Shown: positions 63,075 to 64,000 of the stretch, piece after piece
Layout of the letters: each line of letters begins with the position of its first letter
Position numbering within the stretch: position 1 is the first letter of the stretch
Sequence record: OL960577.1
DNA: 64,000 nucleotides
From: Escherichia phage vB_EcoM_SA35RD
Direction: 5' to 3' (one strand)
Notes under the pieces: model-generated
The model's input: only the letters and a program-made list of their open reading frames with translations
What the model was told of the DNA's origin: nothing
Database searches by the model: none
Made by a program: the position numbers and the translations under genes

Positions 63075-63262
63075 TAATCCACAATCGGAAGCAAAGTACG
63101 ATAAACTTCAAAATTAGAGCCTTTTTCGTACTTATCGAAATTGTCCATAAAAATATGATAGGAATCGTTATTAGGAAAATCTAATATAATCTGAGAGCAA
63201 GAGGTGGAAACATCTCCACCATCCTTCTTAGCTACAATAACTGTTTCTAAATAAGCTTTCAT
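63074..63262 (-). CDS. hypothetical small protein between gene 30 and alt
   Basis: Start at ATG 63262 (MKAYLETV...), TAATG junction with the gene 30 stop. Confidence 0.4.
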   Translation of the reverse strand: MKAYLETVIVAKKDGGDVSTSCSQIILDFPNNDSYHIFMDNFDKYEKGSNFEVYRTLLPIVD

Positions 63263-64000
63263 TATAAACCTGTCTGGGACCACGGTCCAAATACGTCTTC
63301 AAATGAATCCGCTTCTGTTTTATCAAAACGGAACCCTTTAATAATTGGAAGGAAAATACCTACAGTGCCTTCACGGCCTTTAGAATGAACCCAACCATTG
63401 CATTCACAATCAGCAATACGTCCAATCAATTTACCTTCACGAGCTTCGGTCATTAATCGTTCACGGTCTAAATCATGACGCTCGTCTAAAGGAATAAGAA
63501 CCTTTACACCGTCAACTGTTTTATGAGTTGTATCTTTAAAACCTGAACCACAATCAGTTGTAATACGACGACAACGTGATACGAGTTCGACACCACCTAA
63601 TTTGTTAGGGTCTTTAGAGTGTTCATAGTATCCTACAACTTCTAAAGCGATATCAATAACTTCTTTAAATTTAATTAGGTTCTTAGAGCGTTTGTTTTCC
63701 CAATATGAATCACGGTTTTTAAGGATAATACCTTCAAGACCTTGGTCAACATATTTTTTATAAACCACTTTAGCTTCGTCAAGATTACGAACTAACTGAT
63801 TTTCAATTGGCTCAATTCGCTTAAAGCCTTCAGCCATATTTTCAAGAGCAGCAAAACGAACATCGTATTTCTGACCTTTAATTTTGCCGTCAGAATAGAC
63901 TTCATCTAAAGGAACATAGTCCCAGGCTTGAAGAACCATACCTTCCGCTTCTTTAGGAGAAATAGTCCCTTGAAGAGATTTATTTGCTAAACCGTTTGAA
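63262..64000 (-). CDS. 30: DNA ligase gp30, C-terminal part (5' end off-window)
   Basis: Reading frame open to the window edge; ...GWVHSKGREGTVGIFLPIIKGFRFDKTEADSFEDVFG matches the T4 DNA ligase C-terminus. Confidence 0.9.
   Translation of the reverse strand, partial: SNGLANKSLQGTISPKEAEGMVLQAWDYVPLDEVYSDGKIKGQKYDVRFAALENMAEGFKRIEPIENQLVRNLDEAKVVYKKYVDQGLEGIILKNRDSYWENKRSKNLIKFKEVIDIALEVVGYYEHSKDPNKLGGVELVSRCRRITTDCGSGFKDTTHKTVDGVKVLIPLDERHDLDRERLMTEAREGKLIGRIADCECNGWVHSKGREGTVGIFLPIIKGFRFDKTEADSFEDVFGPWSQTGL

Overview
The window is a contiguous segment of a T4-like (Tevenvirinae) myovirus genome with no host DNA, identified by manual comparison of the six-frame ORFs with T4 proteins as I remember them. 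Coordinates 1-16590 are almost entirely minus-strand early/middle genes: an internal-protein (IP) cluster around denV, lysozyme e, nudE, a roughly 7.5 kb hyperplastic array of about 20 small ORFs, two tRNAs with a structured-RNA region, an ipI-like gene, 57B (Acb1-like), 57A, and genes 1, 3, 2 and 4. Coordinates 16652-60546 hold the canonical late morphogenesis block: genes 53, 5, 5.1, 5.4, 6-12, wac, 13-24 (with 67, 68, 21, 22, 23), then rnlB, hoc, inh, uvsW, uvsY, 25, 26, 51, 27, 28, 29, 48 and 54. The right end carries alt and the 3' part of DNA ligase gene 30. The structural genes are collinear with T4 and similar in length. What departs from T4 is concentrated in the hyperplastic regions: (i) six genes with the IP capsid-targeting N-terminus in a rearranged layout; (ii) two paralogous families of small proteins with conserved C-terminal tails (G-x-W-V-S-S-S-x-x-C and F-I-x-E-C-R); (iii) at least 14 copies of an early-promoter cassette (GTTTAC, 18 bp, TAYWRT), often with a palindrome around the -10, including a 47-bp block identical between loci 36 kb apart; (iv) a 318-aa protein with a possible nucleotidyltransferase motif and a PspA-like coiled-coil protein; (v) only two tRNAs and no seg-type homing endonucleases. 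No CRISPR array, integrase, transposase or rRNA was seen. All calls are from reading the sequence; no database search was run.
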